Assembly: GCA_964582615.1 (NCBI GenBank)
Contig: CAZORP010000004.1
Coordinates: 1,900-65,899 of the forward strand
Direction of reading: 5' to 3'
From: an uncultured Gammaproteobacteria bacterium
GTDB lineage: Bacteria > Patescibacteriota > Patescibacteriia > UBA9934
Length of the DNA: 64,000 nucleotides
The position numbers were made by a program, and so were the translations under genes. The notes beneath the pieces were generated by a model. It had not been told where the DNA came from, did not search any database, and was given only the letters and a program-made list of their open reading frames with translations. Position 1 is the stretch's first letter. Each line of letters begins with the position of its first letter. Below are positions 27,774 to 35,476 of this stretch, piece after piece.

Positions 27774-28997
27774 TTATTTCGTGTAGTTTGTGATATCGAC
27801 AGTTCGCTGTTCTCCGGAAACCATGTTCTTCACTATCACCGAATTCGATGCCGCCTCTTCGGGGGTAATCATGATCACTTCTGTCGCATTGAGGCGATTC
27901 GCCATCGTCAGCTGCTTTTTCATACTGTAGGGCGGCATAGCAAGAATAGCGATCTTTCCGTCTACTCTGAGACTCTGCGCGATAGTCGTTGCAAGCGATG
28001 CTTCGTTTTCAGAAAACGGCAAAATGAACGTCTTCTCAGGCGAATTAACTGTGACGGTTTTTTGCTGCGCCTCAAGTGCCGCGAGTAGTGCCACGTCGCT
28101 TACAGCAAACCCAATACCACTCATCGACTTACCGCCGACTGCCTCCAGGAGGTTGTCATAGCGACCGCCGCCAAACACAGCTCTATTGAATGATCCGGAT
28201 GTCTCGACCACTTCAAAAACAATACCCGTGTAATAAGAGAAGCCACGCATAAGCTTTGGATCGTATACAAGCTGTGTCCAGCCAAGCTTTTTCGCTCCGG
28301 CAATTACATTCAATAATCGTTGTGTCGGTTGAATGTCGTCAAGAATAGCCAAATCTTCCTGCCGCAGGTTCGGACTAATTTCCTTCAGTCGAGCGATGAA
28401 TTCTTCTAATGTCAGTTTATCTCGTTCGTCCAGAAGTGTGAGCATTTGCCCCTTTTCATCTCCGACAATGGACAGTCGTTCGCATGTGACGTCGAAAGAT
28501 GTTCGATCATTCATGCACATCTGAATCTTCTCCATATCGAATCCGATCTTTTTCATGATCGAAAGGGCGACGTCAACGATCTCGATATCGGCTTCAATAG
28601 TATTCGATCCAAGAAAATCAACATTGATCTGGACAAAGTTTCTCGTACGACCTTTCTGAGGGCGTTCGTAACGCCAGCATTCAGGAAAACTAAACCATCG
28701 AATAAGTGATGGGAGTTCGCCTTGCTTATTCGCCACCATACGTGCGAATGAAGGCGTAAGTTCTGGACGAACAACGATCTTTTCCCCGCCACGATCCGTG
28801 AAAACATAAGACTGACGCTCAACGATTTCGGCACTGGATTTCGCCTCATAAAGAGCCATCGGCTCCAAGATTGGTGCTTCGTATTCTTCGTAACCAGCGC
28901 ACTCCAAAACAGCTCTACAAGAGCTCGTTAGTGCATTGCGCTCACGCATGTCGTTCGGATAGAGGTTACGTGTACCTCGTAATGGTTGAATCTGCAT
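27774..28997 (-). CDS. hisS: Histidine--tRNA ligase
   Basis: RGTRN, RPELTPS, WRYERPQKGR, RGFSYYTG, GGGRYD; has an anticodon-binding C-terminal domain, so HisRS rather than HisZ. Confidence 0.93.
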   Translation of the reverse strand: MQIQPLRGTRNLYPNDMRERNALTSSCRAVLECAGYEEYEAPILEPMALYEAKSSAEIVERQSYVFTDRGGEKIVVRPELTPSFARMVANKQGELPSLIRWFSFPECWRYERPQKGRTRNFVQINVDFLGSNTIEADIEIVDVALSIMKKIGFDMEKIQMCMNDRTSFDVTCERLSIVGDEKGQMLTLLDERDKLTLEEFIARLKEISPNLRQEDLAILDDIQPTQRLLNVIAGAKKLGWTQLVYDPKLMRGFSYYTGIVFEVVETSGSFNRAVFGGGRYDNLLEAVGGKSMSGIGFAVSDVALLAALEAQQKTVTVNSPEKTFILPFSENEASLATTIAQSLRVDGKIAILAMPPYSMKKQLTMANRLNATEVIMITPEEAASNSVIVKNMVSGEQRTVDITNYTK

Positions 28998-29011
28998 ATA
29001 CTTTGCTTAGA

Positions 29012-29098
29012 AAATAAAGAAACCCGCCGATAAGCGGGCTTCTCTGCAGTCATTCAATGGAATAACGTCAAACAATCCCGCTTATGCATGGCGGGTAT
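29012..29098 (-). promoter_or_regulatory. Histidine transcription attenuator
   Basis: Minus strand: CCCGC..GCGGG (1:2), ATAAGCGGG..CCCGCTTAT (2:3), AGCCCGCT-tatc-GGCGGGTT + TCTTTATTTT (3:4 terminator). Confidence 0.85.
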
Positions 29099-29135
29099 GA
29101 TGAGAAACGTTAAATGCGTTGCGCATTGATTCCAT
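29082..29135 (-). CDS. His leader peptide MESMRNAFNVSHHTRHA
   Basis: 17 codons, with 3 CAT codons in the last 6; its 3' end and stop overlap attenuator segments 1 and 2. Confidence 0.82.
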   Translation of the reverse strand: MESMRNAFNVSHHTRHA

Positions 29136-29144
29136 AACGCTGGA

Positions 29145-29173
29145 AGAATACCGTGAACTCTGAAAAATGTCAA
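29145..29173 (-). promoter_or_regulatory. Sigma70 promoter of the hisS leader
   Basis: TTGACA-17 nt-TATTCT, 9 nt before the leader ATG. Confidence 0.75.
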
Positions 29174-29189
29174 TATAGATCCGATAGGC

Positions 29190-29987
29190 CTACTTTAGAA
29201 TGATAGGCCTTGCCGCAAATTTGTTAACCAATTCAACAACCGCTTTTACGCTTGCTTCATAATCTGCATCTAGTAGCCGAACATACAATGGCTCATATCC
29301 GGAGATGGAAACACCTCCGTTTTTCTGGTGCACAACCGCATCTCTAAGCTTCTTAGCTTTCATGAAAGTACCCCAGAAAGCCTCCTGTTTGATTGAAGAT
29401 TGATCCTTAATATCGGCCAACACTTCCAACTTCTCAACGGTCGATAACCTATGTTCAATTTCAACCTTCGTGAGTTTCTCTGTGTAATTTTTCCCGAAGA
29501 AAGCCATAATCTTTTGAAGAATTCCTCGAGGCTTTACGGTTCGATGAAGCACGTGCTGACTCGGTATCGCCTGCGTGCAAAATACCTCAACAGCTGCAAG
29601 AAGAGCGAAGTGAAAGGACATTGCGCTTTGGAAGAAGCGATAGGCGAGTTCTTTTGGAACAATAGTTACCACCTCTGCGTTTGGATCTTCTTGCAATGCG
29701 CGTTCTGCAGTCATCTCAGGATCCGGACTCGATGTAAACACCTGCTTCTGTGGCGTAGATGCAATCTCTGCTTTTAAGGCGGCAACTTCATCAGCCAATC
29801 GGCATGCCTCGTTCAAAAGAAGATGACAGGGTGATTGAGCGATAATCATCAGACTTCCGAAGGTCATTGTATCGAGCTTGTGGCTCAATACGAGTTTAGC
29901 ACCCTTCTCGTGTTTTATTTTTGAACCAGCTATCTGGACAGGTTGTGCTAACTCTGATTCGAAGATAGGTTCAATTTCTATATGCAT
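29190..29987 (-). CDS. Hypothetical protein, probable HEPN-like domain
   Basis: Helical protein with AAVEVF and a C-terminal RDAVVH (R-X4-H) motif. Confidence 0.6.
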   Translation of the reverse strand: MHIEIEPIFESELAQPVQIAGSKIKHEKGAKLVLSHKLDTMTFGSLMIIAQSPCHLLLNEACRLADEVAALKAEIASTPQKQVFTSSPDPEMTAERALQEDPNAEVVTIVPKELAYRFFQSAMSFHFALLAAVEVFCTQAIPSQHVLHRTVKPRGILQKIMAFFGKNYTEKLTKVEIEHRLSTVEKLEVLADIKDQSSIKQEAFWGTFMKAKKLRDAVVHQKNGGVSISGYEPLYVRLLDADYEASVKAVVELVNKFAARPIILK

Positions 29988-30008
29988 ACTATTATTTTAA
30001 AGTTTACC

Positions 30009-30131
30009 TATTGAAAAACCGCCACCTTTCGATGACGGGTTTTCAGCAGTCGCTTTGGCTAGGACTCCGGTCACAGGAACCCGTCCTGAGTCCTATGGGA
30101 ATCCGGTCACAGCACCAAAGCGGCTCTTGGC
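30009..30131 (-). repeat. Junction J1: hairpin + terminator directly after tRNA-Trp
   Basis: GTCGCTTTGG..CCAAAGCGGC stem whose loop holds two TCCGGTCACAG copies 36 nt apart; TGAAAAACCGCCA..TGACGGGTTTTCA terminator. Confidence 0.85.
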
Positions 30132-30201
30132 AGGGGCGGAGGGAATCGAACCCGCGCTAAAGGTTTTGGAGACCTCTGTACTGCCATTATACGACGCCCC
30201 T
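30128..30201 (-). tRNA. trnW: tRNA-Trp (anticodon CCA) with encoded 3' CCA
   Basis: AGGGGCG acceptor stem pairs with CGCCCCT + G-CCA; anticodon loop CT-CCA-AA; T-loop GGTTCGATTCC; 74 nt. Confidence 0.97.
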
Positions 30202-30299
30202 AAGAAGGAACCGAAAGTAGTTTACGAGGAAAAAGGACTTCTGTAAAGCTCTGAAAAGACGAAGGTTTTTGGTTTATTTTGCATGCTATACTTTTCCTC

Positions 30300-30806
30300 A
30301 TGAAATACGCTTCCTCTCAAGCAAAAAAAATGCCCTCTCGTACCCACCGCATTGCACGCACGCCCAGAACGCGCGGCGAGCGATTTGCTGATGCTTGTAC
30401 AGCGTGGTGCGGAACAAGTACCTTTCTCATTTTTCACCTTGCAATATTTGCAGGTTGGATTTTTTGGAATATGGGATTTCTTGAGGGGTTCATACCGGTT
30501 GATCCTTTCCCATTTCCTTTTCTTACAACCGTCGTCTCGCTTGAAGCCATTATCCTCTCAATTATTGTGCTCATGAGTCAAAATCGTGCAGAGCGCGTGG
30601 CAAATATTCGCGATGAAGTTGATTTGGAAGTAAATATTCAATCCGAACGAGAAGTGACGGAAATTTTACGTATCCTTGTTGCCCTTGAAAAGAAAATTCT
30701 TGGCTTAAAAAAACATGACACCGAGGTCGGTGCCATGCTTCGCGAAACTGATCTTGCGGAAATAGAGACGAGAGTTATCCGTGCACTTGAACGTGCAGAT
30801 CGATAG
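30300..30806 (+). CDS. DUF1003 membrane protein
   Basis: DPFPFPFLTTVVSLEAIILSIIVLMSQNR. Confidence 0.9.
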   Translation: MKYASSQAKKMPSRTHRIARTPRTRGERFADACTAWCGTSTFLIFHLAIFAGWIFWNMGFLEGFIPVDPFPFPFLTTVVSLEAIILSIIVLMSQNRAERVANIRDEVDLEVNIQSEREVTEILRILVALEKKILGLKKHDTEVGAMLRETDLAEIETRVIRALERADR

Positions 30807-31544
30807 TTACTTTTTAGCAAAGCCGGTAAATGCCTGCAAAACTTCAAGAGGAACAGTGAATACAACAGTGTTGCTCTGATCGGAGCTAATGTCGTTAATA
30901 GCATGAAGCGTGCGAAGATGAAGTGCTCCGGGAGCTTCCGAGAGCATGCGTGCGGCGTTGGCGATATTTTCTGCGGCGCGCATTTCTCCTTCGGAGTTAA
31001 TAACGACTGCGTCGCGTTCGCGTTCAGCCTCTGCTTTCTTTGCCATGGTGCGAACCATTTCTGGGGCGAGGTTGATATCTTTCAACTCCACCGAAGAAAC
31101 TTCCACACCCCACATTGCGGTAACTGTTTCAAGAAGTTGTTCAATTTTTTGGGAAATAATCGCACGACCAGCAAGAAGTTCATCGAGTGTTGCTTCACCG
31201 ACAACGTTGCGCATGGTGGTTTGCGCAAGTTGCATAACTGCGTAGTGGACGTGCTCAACTTCAAGAACCGATTTTGCAGGATCGGAAATACGGTAATAAA
31301 TAACTGCATTGATTTTTGCAGAAACGTTGTCTTTGGTAATAGCATCTTGAGAGGGGACGTCAAGCGCTTTTACGCGAAGATCAACCTTCTGCATGCTTTG
31401 AAATACGGGAATAACCAATCTCCATCCCGGGTTTACGGTTGATGAATATGTTCCCATGGTAAAGGTAATTCCACGCTCGTATTGATTAACCTGTCGAAGT
31501 GATGAAATAAGTCCCACGATGACGATGATAAAAAGAAGTTCCAT
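30807..31544 (-). CDS. SPFH/band 7 (slipin) family protein
   Basis: QYERG, VDLRV, QDAITKDNV, AQTTMR, AEAERER. Confidence 0.92.
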   Translation of the reverse strand: MELLFIIVIVGLISSLRQVNQYERGITFTMGTYSSTVNPGWRLVIPVFQSMQKVDLRVKALDVPSQDAITKDNVSAKINAVIYYRISDPAKSVLEVEHVHYAVMQLAQTTMRNVVGEATLDELLAGRAIISQKIEQLLETVTAMWGVEVSSVELKDINLAPEMVRTMAKKAEAERERDAVVINSEGEMRAAENIANAARMLSEAPGALHLRTLHAINDISSDQSNTVVFTVPLEVLQAFTGFAKK

Positions 31545-31614
31545 AAAAGTTTTTACTACGTTCACCCTACAGGAATTTGAAGATTTTTGCAAGATTTTTT
31601 ATGCTCATAAAGCT

Positions 31615-32838
31615 ATGACATTTCATGAACAATCTCCTATGGGAAAAATCTTTATTTGGGGTATGTGCGGTGGCATGGTGGCTTTTTTCTTGCTTTGCGC
31701 GGGAATGTATGGAGGAATCGTATATTATGGAATTCCGTCATCGCTTCTTGCTGAAATTACGCCAGAGTTAAGCGATGCTCTTCCAAGGTCGCCTGCTTCA
31801 TCTCTCGCATCTGATCCTGTGGTTGCCGTTGCCGACGCGGCAAGTCCCGCGGTGGTTTCTCTTGTTGTGAGTAAAGAAGTTCCTCAGATGGAAAAATTTT
31901 ATAAAAATATTCTACCGTTTGGTTTTTCGGTGCCTTCATATCGTCAGGTTGGTACAAAAGAAGAGGAAGTTGCTGGTGGAACAGGATTTTTCATTTCCCC
32001 TGATGGATATCTTGTAACAAATAATCACGTCATTGATATCGAAGAGTCTTCGTATACGGTGTACCTTAACGATGGAACGTCGTATCCGGCAACGCTTATT
32101 GCCGCCGACGAAATGCTCGACGTTGCGTTGCTTAAAGTTGAGAGCCCTTCGGCGCTTCCTTTTCTTGAATTTGGATCGTCCGATGAAGTACGCGTTGGAC
32201 AGGCGGTGGTCGCGATAGGAAATGCGCTTGGCGAATATCGTAATACCGTATCTTCCGGAGTTATTTCAGGAGTTTCTCGTACGGTTGTTGCGCAAAAGGG
32301 GGGAGGTGACGAGGAACGTCTTCAGGATATTTTGCAAACTGACGCGGCAATTAATCCGGGAAATTCTGGAGGGCCGTTGTTGGATCTTTCGGGTAAGGTT
32401 ATTGGTGTAAACGTCGCCGCCTCTGCGGGTGGAGCTGAGAATATCGGTTTTGCGCTCCCGTCCTCTGCAGTTTCCTCGGCTGTTAATTCTCTTCGTGAGC
32501 ATGGCTATGTTGTGCGTCCGTGGCTTGGTGTTCGATATGCAATGATTTCGGAAGATATGGCGAAAGAGGAGTATCTTCCCGTGAATCACGGAGCGCTCAT
32601 TCGTCGTTCTTCGGAGAACGATCTTGCGGTTATTCCCGGATCACCCGCCGACAAAGCTGGACTTGAAGAGAACGATATTATTACAAAGGTTAACGGAAAA
32701 GACCTTACGGAAGCCTACGATCTTCGTTTGGCAATGCAGGGTTTGCACGTTGGCGATGTACTCGAGCTTGAGGTATTTCATGACGATGGTGTAAAAACGG
32801 TACATGTAACGCTTTCGGAAGGTCCGAAGAGCTTGTAA
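31615..32838 (+). CDS. htrA: HtrA/DegP serine protease with PDZ domain
   Basis: TNNHV, QTDAAINPGNSGGPL, PDZ (GSPADKAGL). Confidence 0.93.
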   Translation: MTFHEQSPMGKIFIWGMCGGMVAFFLLCAGMYGGIVYYGIPSSLLAEITPELSDALPRSPASSLASDPVVAVADAASPAVVSLVVSKEVPQMEKFYKNILPFGFSVPSYRQVGTKEEEVAGGTGFFISPDGYLVTNNHVIDIEESSYTVYLNDGTSYPATLIAADEMLDVALLKVESPSALPFLEFGSSDEVRVGQAVVAIGNALGEYRNTVSSGVISGVSRTVVAQKGGGDEERLQDILQTDAAINPGNSGGPLLDLSGKVIGVNVAASAGGAENIGFALPSSAVSSAVNSLREHGYVVRPWLGVRYAMISEDMAKEEYLPVNHGALIRRSSENDLAVIPGSPADKAGLEENDIITKVNGKDLTEAYDLRLAMQGLHVGDVLELEVFHDDGVKTVHVTLSEGPKSL

Positions 32839-32839
32839 T

Positions 32840-33673
32840 ATGCAAATTTCTCCATTTCGTGCAGTGCTTGTTTTTGGCGGAATTCTTTTTTTAGGAATAT
32901 GGCTCAGGGAAGCATTTTATGCATCGTTAGATGCTGAGATTGCACCGGTTGTTCCTCAGGAGATTTCAGATGTCAGTCAAGAAGAGGAAAATATTCTCGT
33001 GGACGATCCTGTTTCCGGCGGGGAAATTCATTTACCGCTTACACTTCATGGGCAGGCTAGGGTATTTGAAAATGTTGTAAGCTATCGTCTTGAAGATGAG
33101 TCTGGTGCGGTGCTTGCCGAGGGTACGGCAACAGCTCAGGCACCCGATGTCGGTATGTACGGCATTTTTTCGAAAGAAATCTTTTTTTCGGAACCAGCAA
33201 CGCCGCGGGGTTTTATGACGGTATATTCGGTAAGTCCTAAAGACGGGTCAGAGCAAGACAGCGTTCGTATACCGGTTGTCTTTGCAAATGACGCCGCGGT
33301 TAATCTTAGTATTTCCGTTGCTCGTGCTGAAGATTTTGCTCGGGGAGAATGTTCGGCGACGGCACTTCTTCCAAGAAGACGTCCCGCAACGAAGCTTGTT
33401 GCACATGAGGCGCTTCGCGCTCTTGAAGAAGGTGTTACCGAGGAGGAATATTTAGAGGGTTATCGTTCATTTTTTGGGGATAAAAAGATTCTTCGCTCAA
33501 TTACTCTTCGTGATGGAGTCGCTGAAGTGCTTGTTCCCAAGGGGTTATTTTCTGGAGAAGAGCATGCGTGTGTTCATTCCGTTATGCACGATCAAATTGT
33601 GCAAACATTAGAGCAATTTCCAACTATTTCTCGCGTTGAAATTCGCGAAGAGGGAAGCGATGTTCTTTGGTAG
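32840..33673 (+). CDS. Gmad2 Ig-like + GerMN domain membrane protein
   Basis: GQARVFENVVSYRL, SPKDGSE, QIVQTLEQFPTI. Confidence 0.8.
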   Translation: MQISPFRAVLVFGGILFLGIWLREAFYASLDAEIAPVVPQEISDVSQEEENILVDDPVSGGEIHLPLTLHGQARVFENVVSYRLEDESGAVLAEGTATAQAPDVGMYGIFSKEIFFSEPATPRGFMTVYSVSPKDGSEQDSVRIPVVFANDAAVNLSISVARAEDFARGECSATALLPRRRPATKLVAHEALRALEEGVTEEEYLEGYRSFFGDKKILRSITLRDGVAEVLVPKGLFSGEEHACVHSVMHDQIVQTLEQFPTISRVEIREEGSDVLW

Positions 33674-33791
33674 ATTTGCTAAAAAAGTATAAAATTACTG
33701 GGGTTTTCTTGTGGTTCTTGTTGATAACTTATTAGGAGATTTATCGTACTGTGCTACGCTTTCCCCGCAAAATCTTAATATTTTCTTTGAT

Positions 33792-34079
33792 ATGGCAGCA
33801 AAGCGCATGACAAAGAGTCAGATGATCGCAGATCTTTCTGAACGCTGGGGAGTTTCTAAGAAGCAAGCAGGAGAGATGTACGATGGTCTTCTCGAACTTG
33901 CATACAAGGAAATCAAGCGCGCAGGCGAGTTTGTAATGCCTGGACTTGGTAAGCTTGTAAAGAAGAACCGCCCAGCACGTCAGGGTCGCAACCCAGCAAC
34001 GGGTGCAACTATCAAAATCCCTGCAAAGACCGTTATCAAGTTTACGGTTGCAAAGGCGGCAAAGGAAGCTCTTCTTTAA
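33792..34079 (+). CDS. hup: DNA-binding protein HU
   Basis: MTKSQMI, GLGKL, RQGRNPATG..IKIPAK. Confidence 0.95.
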   Translation: MAAKRMTKSQMIADLSERWGVSKKQAGEMYDGLLELAYKEIKRAGEFVMPGLGKLVKKNRPARQGRNPATGATIKIPAKTVIKFTVAKAAKEALL

Positions 34080-34096
34080 TTCTTCCCCATGCTAAT

Positions 34097-34128
34097 AAAA
34101 AGACTCTCGACGAAAGAGAGTCTTTTTT
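34097..34128 (+). terminator. Intrinsic terminator
   Basis: AAAAAGACTCTC-gacgaaa-GAGAGTCTTTTTT. Confidence 0.85.
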
Positions 34129-34216
34129 GTTATGTATAGCGTATCCTCCATGTTCGGGAAAAAGCCCTTGTGACATCTTTTCTTTTTCATTACTATCGTT
34201 CGCTGGAAAAATATTT

Positions 34217-35476
34217 ATGACACCACGACGTATTCACGGGGCTATCGCTTTTTTTGCACTTGCACTGCTTATTGGAGCATCGTGGAAATTTTCTCACCAC
34301 TCCTCAGCCGAAGTAGGGGACGGCACTTCTCAGGATATTGCCCGTAGCATTGTAGAGAAAAAAATTGCAGATCGAGAAGGTCAAATTTCTCAAGAGGGGT
34401 CTTCTTATGAAGGTGCTCATGAAATTCACATTCTTACACTTGGTATCGATTCTCGAAAAGAAGGCAATGAAAAGCATTGCGACGCAATTCACGTGGTGAC
34501 GCTTAATACCGACAATTGGACAATGAACATTCTCTCGGTTCCTCGAGGAACCTACGCGGCGCTACCTGCGGGAGGATCGTACAAGACAACCGATTATTAT
34601 CTTGCGAATGCCTGTGCATTTGGTGGTCTTGAGTATGGCATTGAACAGATTACAAGAGTTACCAATATAACACCTGACTATATTGCAACGGTTGGATTTT
34701 CTGAGGCTTTGGGAATATTCCGTGTACTCAATCTTCCAACAACCGAAACGCTCCAATGGCTCAGGCATCGTCAAAGCTATGCCGTGGGGGATCCTCAACG
34801 AAGTCAAAATCAAGCAACTTTCATGAAGGATGTCGCGCTTCAGCTTTTTCAAAATCCTGACGTTTCACGGCCGCTTATCTACATGCTCTATCAGTTCATC
34901 GAAACCGACTTCTCATTTTCCGATATTTACGCACTTTATCAAGGATACGTTGCTTCCGGAATTGCAGATCACCCTGAACGCATCACATTTTCCATGAAGC
35001 CATTTTATAAGACGCAAGAATATCATCTTGATCCAGGTCGTGCGCAAGAGCAGATCCAAGAACTCCTTTCTCGACTTGAAGGAAGATTGTCTGAGCAGGA
35101 TCTTTCCCATGCGACGCTTCAAGAGGTTCAAGATGCTCTCGTTGGCTATCTTCATGACACGCTGACTTCGGGATCCTCGGAGGACATTCTTCGCGGCTTT
35201 GATGATGCGATGTGGAATCAGGTGGAGGATGATGAGCTTCGTTACGCACTGCAGTTTGACTATCTTGAAGCGTATATAGGCCTTACGCGAGAGAGCGATC
35301 CTATTGCGGCTCAAGATGCGGTTGTTTCTTTTATTATGGAAATGCAATTCTTCGAGCAGGCGACGTATGAAGAGCGTGGAAAAGAATTGTTGGAGACGCT
35401 TATTCGCGAGGAAGGCACAGGGGCGCAATCCACGGAGCCGATTCAGGAAGCGCCCATGCAGAAGGTAGGGGAGTAG
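34217..35476 (+). CDS. LytR-CpsA-Psr (LCP)-like protein
   Basis: N-terminal TM helix, ILTLGIDSR, DAIHVV, LSVPRGT, LRHR, GDPQRSQNQ. Confidence 0.8.
   Translation: MTPRRIHGAIAFFALALLIGASWKFSHHSSAEVGDGTSQDIARSIVEKKIADREGQISQEGSSYEGAHEIHILTLGIDSRKEGNEKHCDAIHVVTLNTDNWTMNILSVPRGTYAALPAGGSYKTTDYYLANACAFGGLEYGIEQITRVTNITPDYIATVGFSEALGIFRVLNLPTTETLQWLRHRQSYAVGDPQRSQNQATFMKDVALQLFQNPDVSRPLIYMLYQFIETDFSFSDIYALYQGYVASGIADHPERITFSMKPFYKTQEYHLDPGRAQEQIQELLSRLEGRLSEQDLSHATLQEVQDALVGYLHDTLTSGSSEDILRGFDDAMWNQVEDDELRYALQFDYLEAYIGLTRESDPIAAQDAVVSFIMEMQFFEQATYEERGKELLETLIREEGTGAQSTEPIQEAPMQKVGE

Larger units (their letters stand above)
11777..30127 (-). mobile_element. Composite genomic island at the 3' end of tRNA-Trp, made of several stacked integrated units; left boundary approximate
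   Basis: Abuts the tRNA 3' end; three internal copies of the tRNA 3' end; serine recombinase, methylases, defence-like cargo and pseudogenes. Confidence 0.8.

Noticed and set aside
27774-28997. HisZ + HisG histidine biosynthesis pair
   Set aside because: The protein keeps HisRS motifs and the anticodon domain, and the PRTase has a type I VDD motif rather than a HisG fold.
30055-30246. 63-aa + strand ORF
   Set aside because: It is antisense to tRNA-Trp and not a standalone gene; its possible origin as a recombinase tail is covered in the findings.
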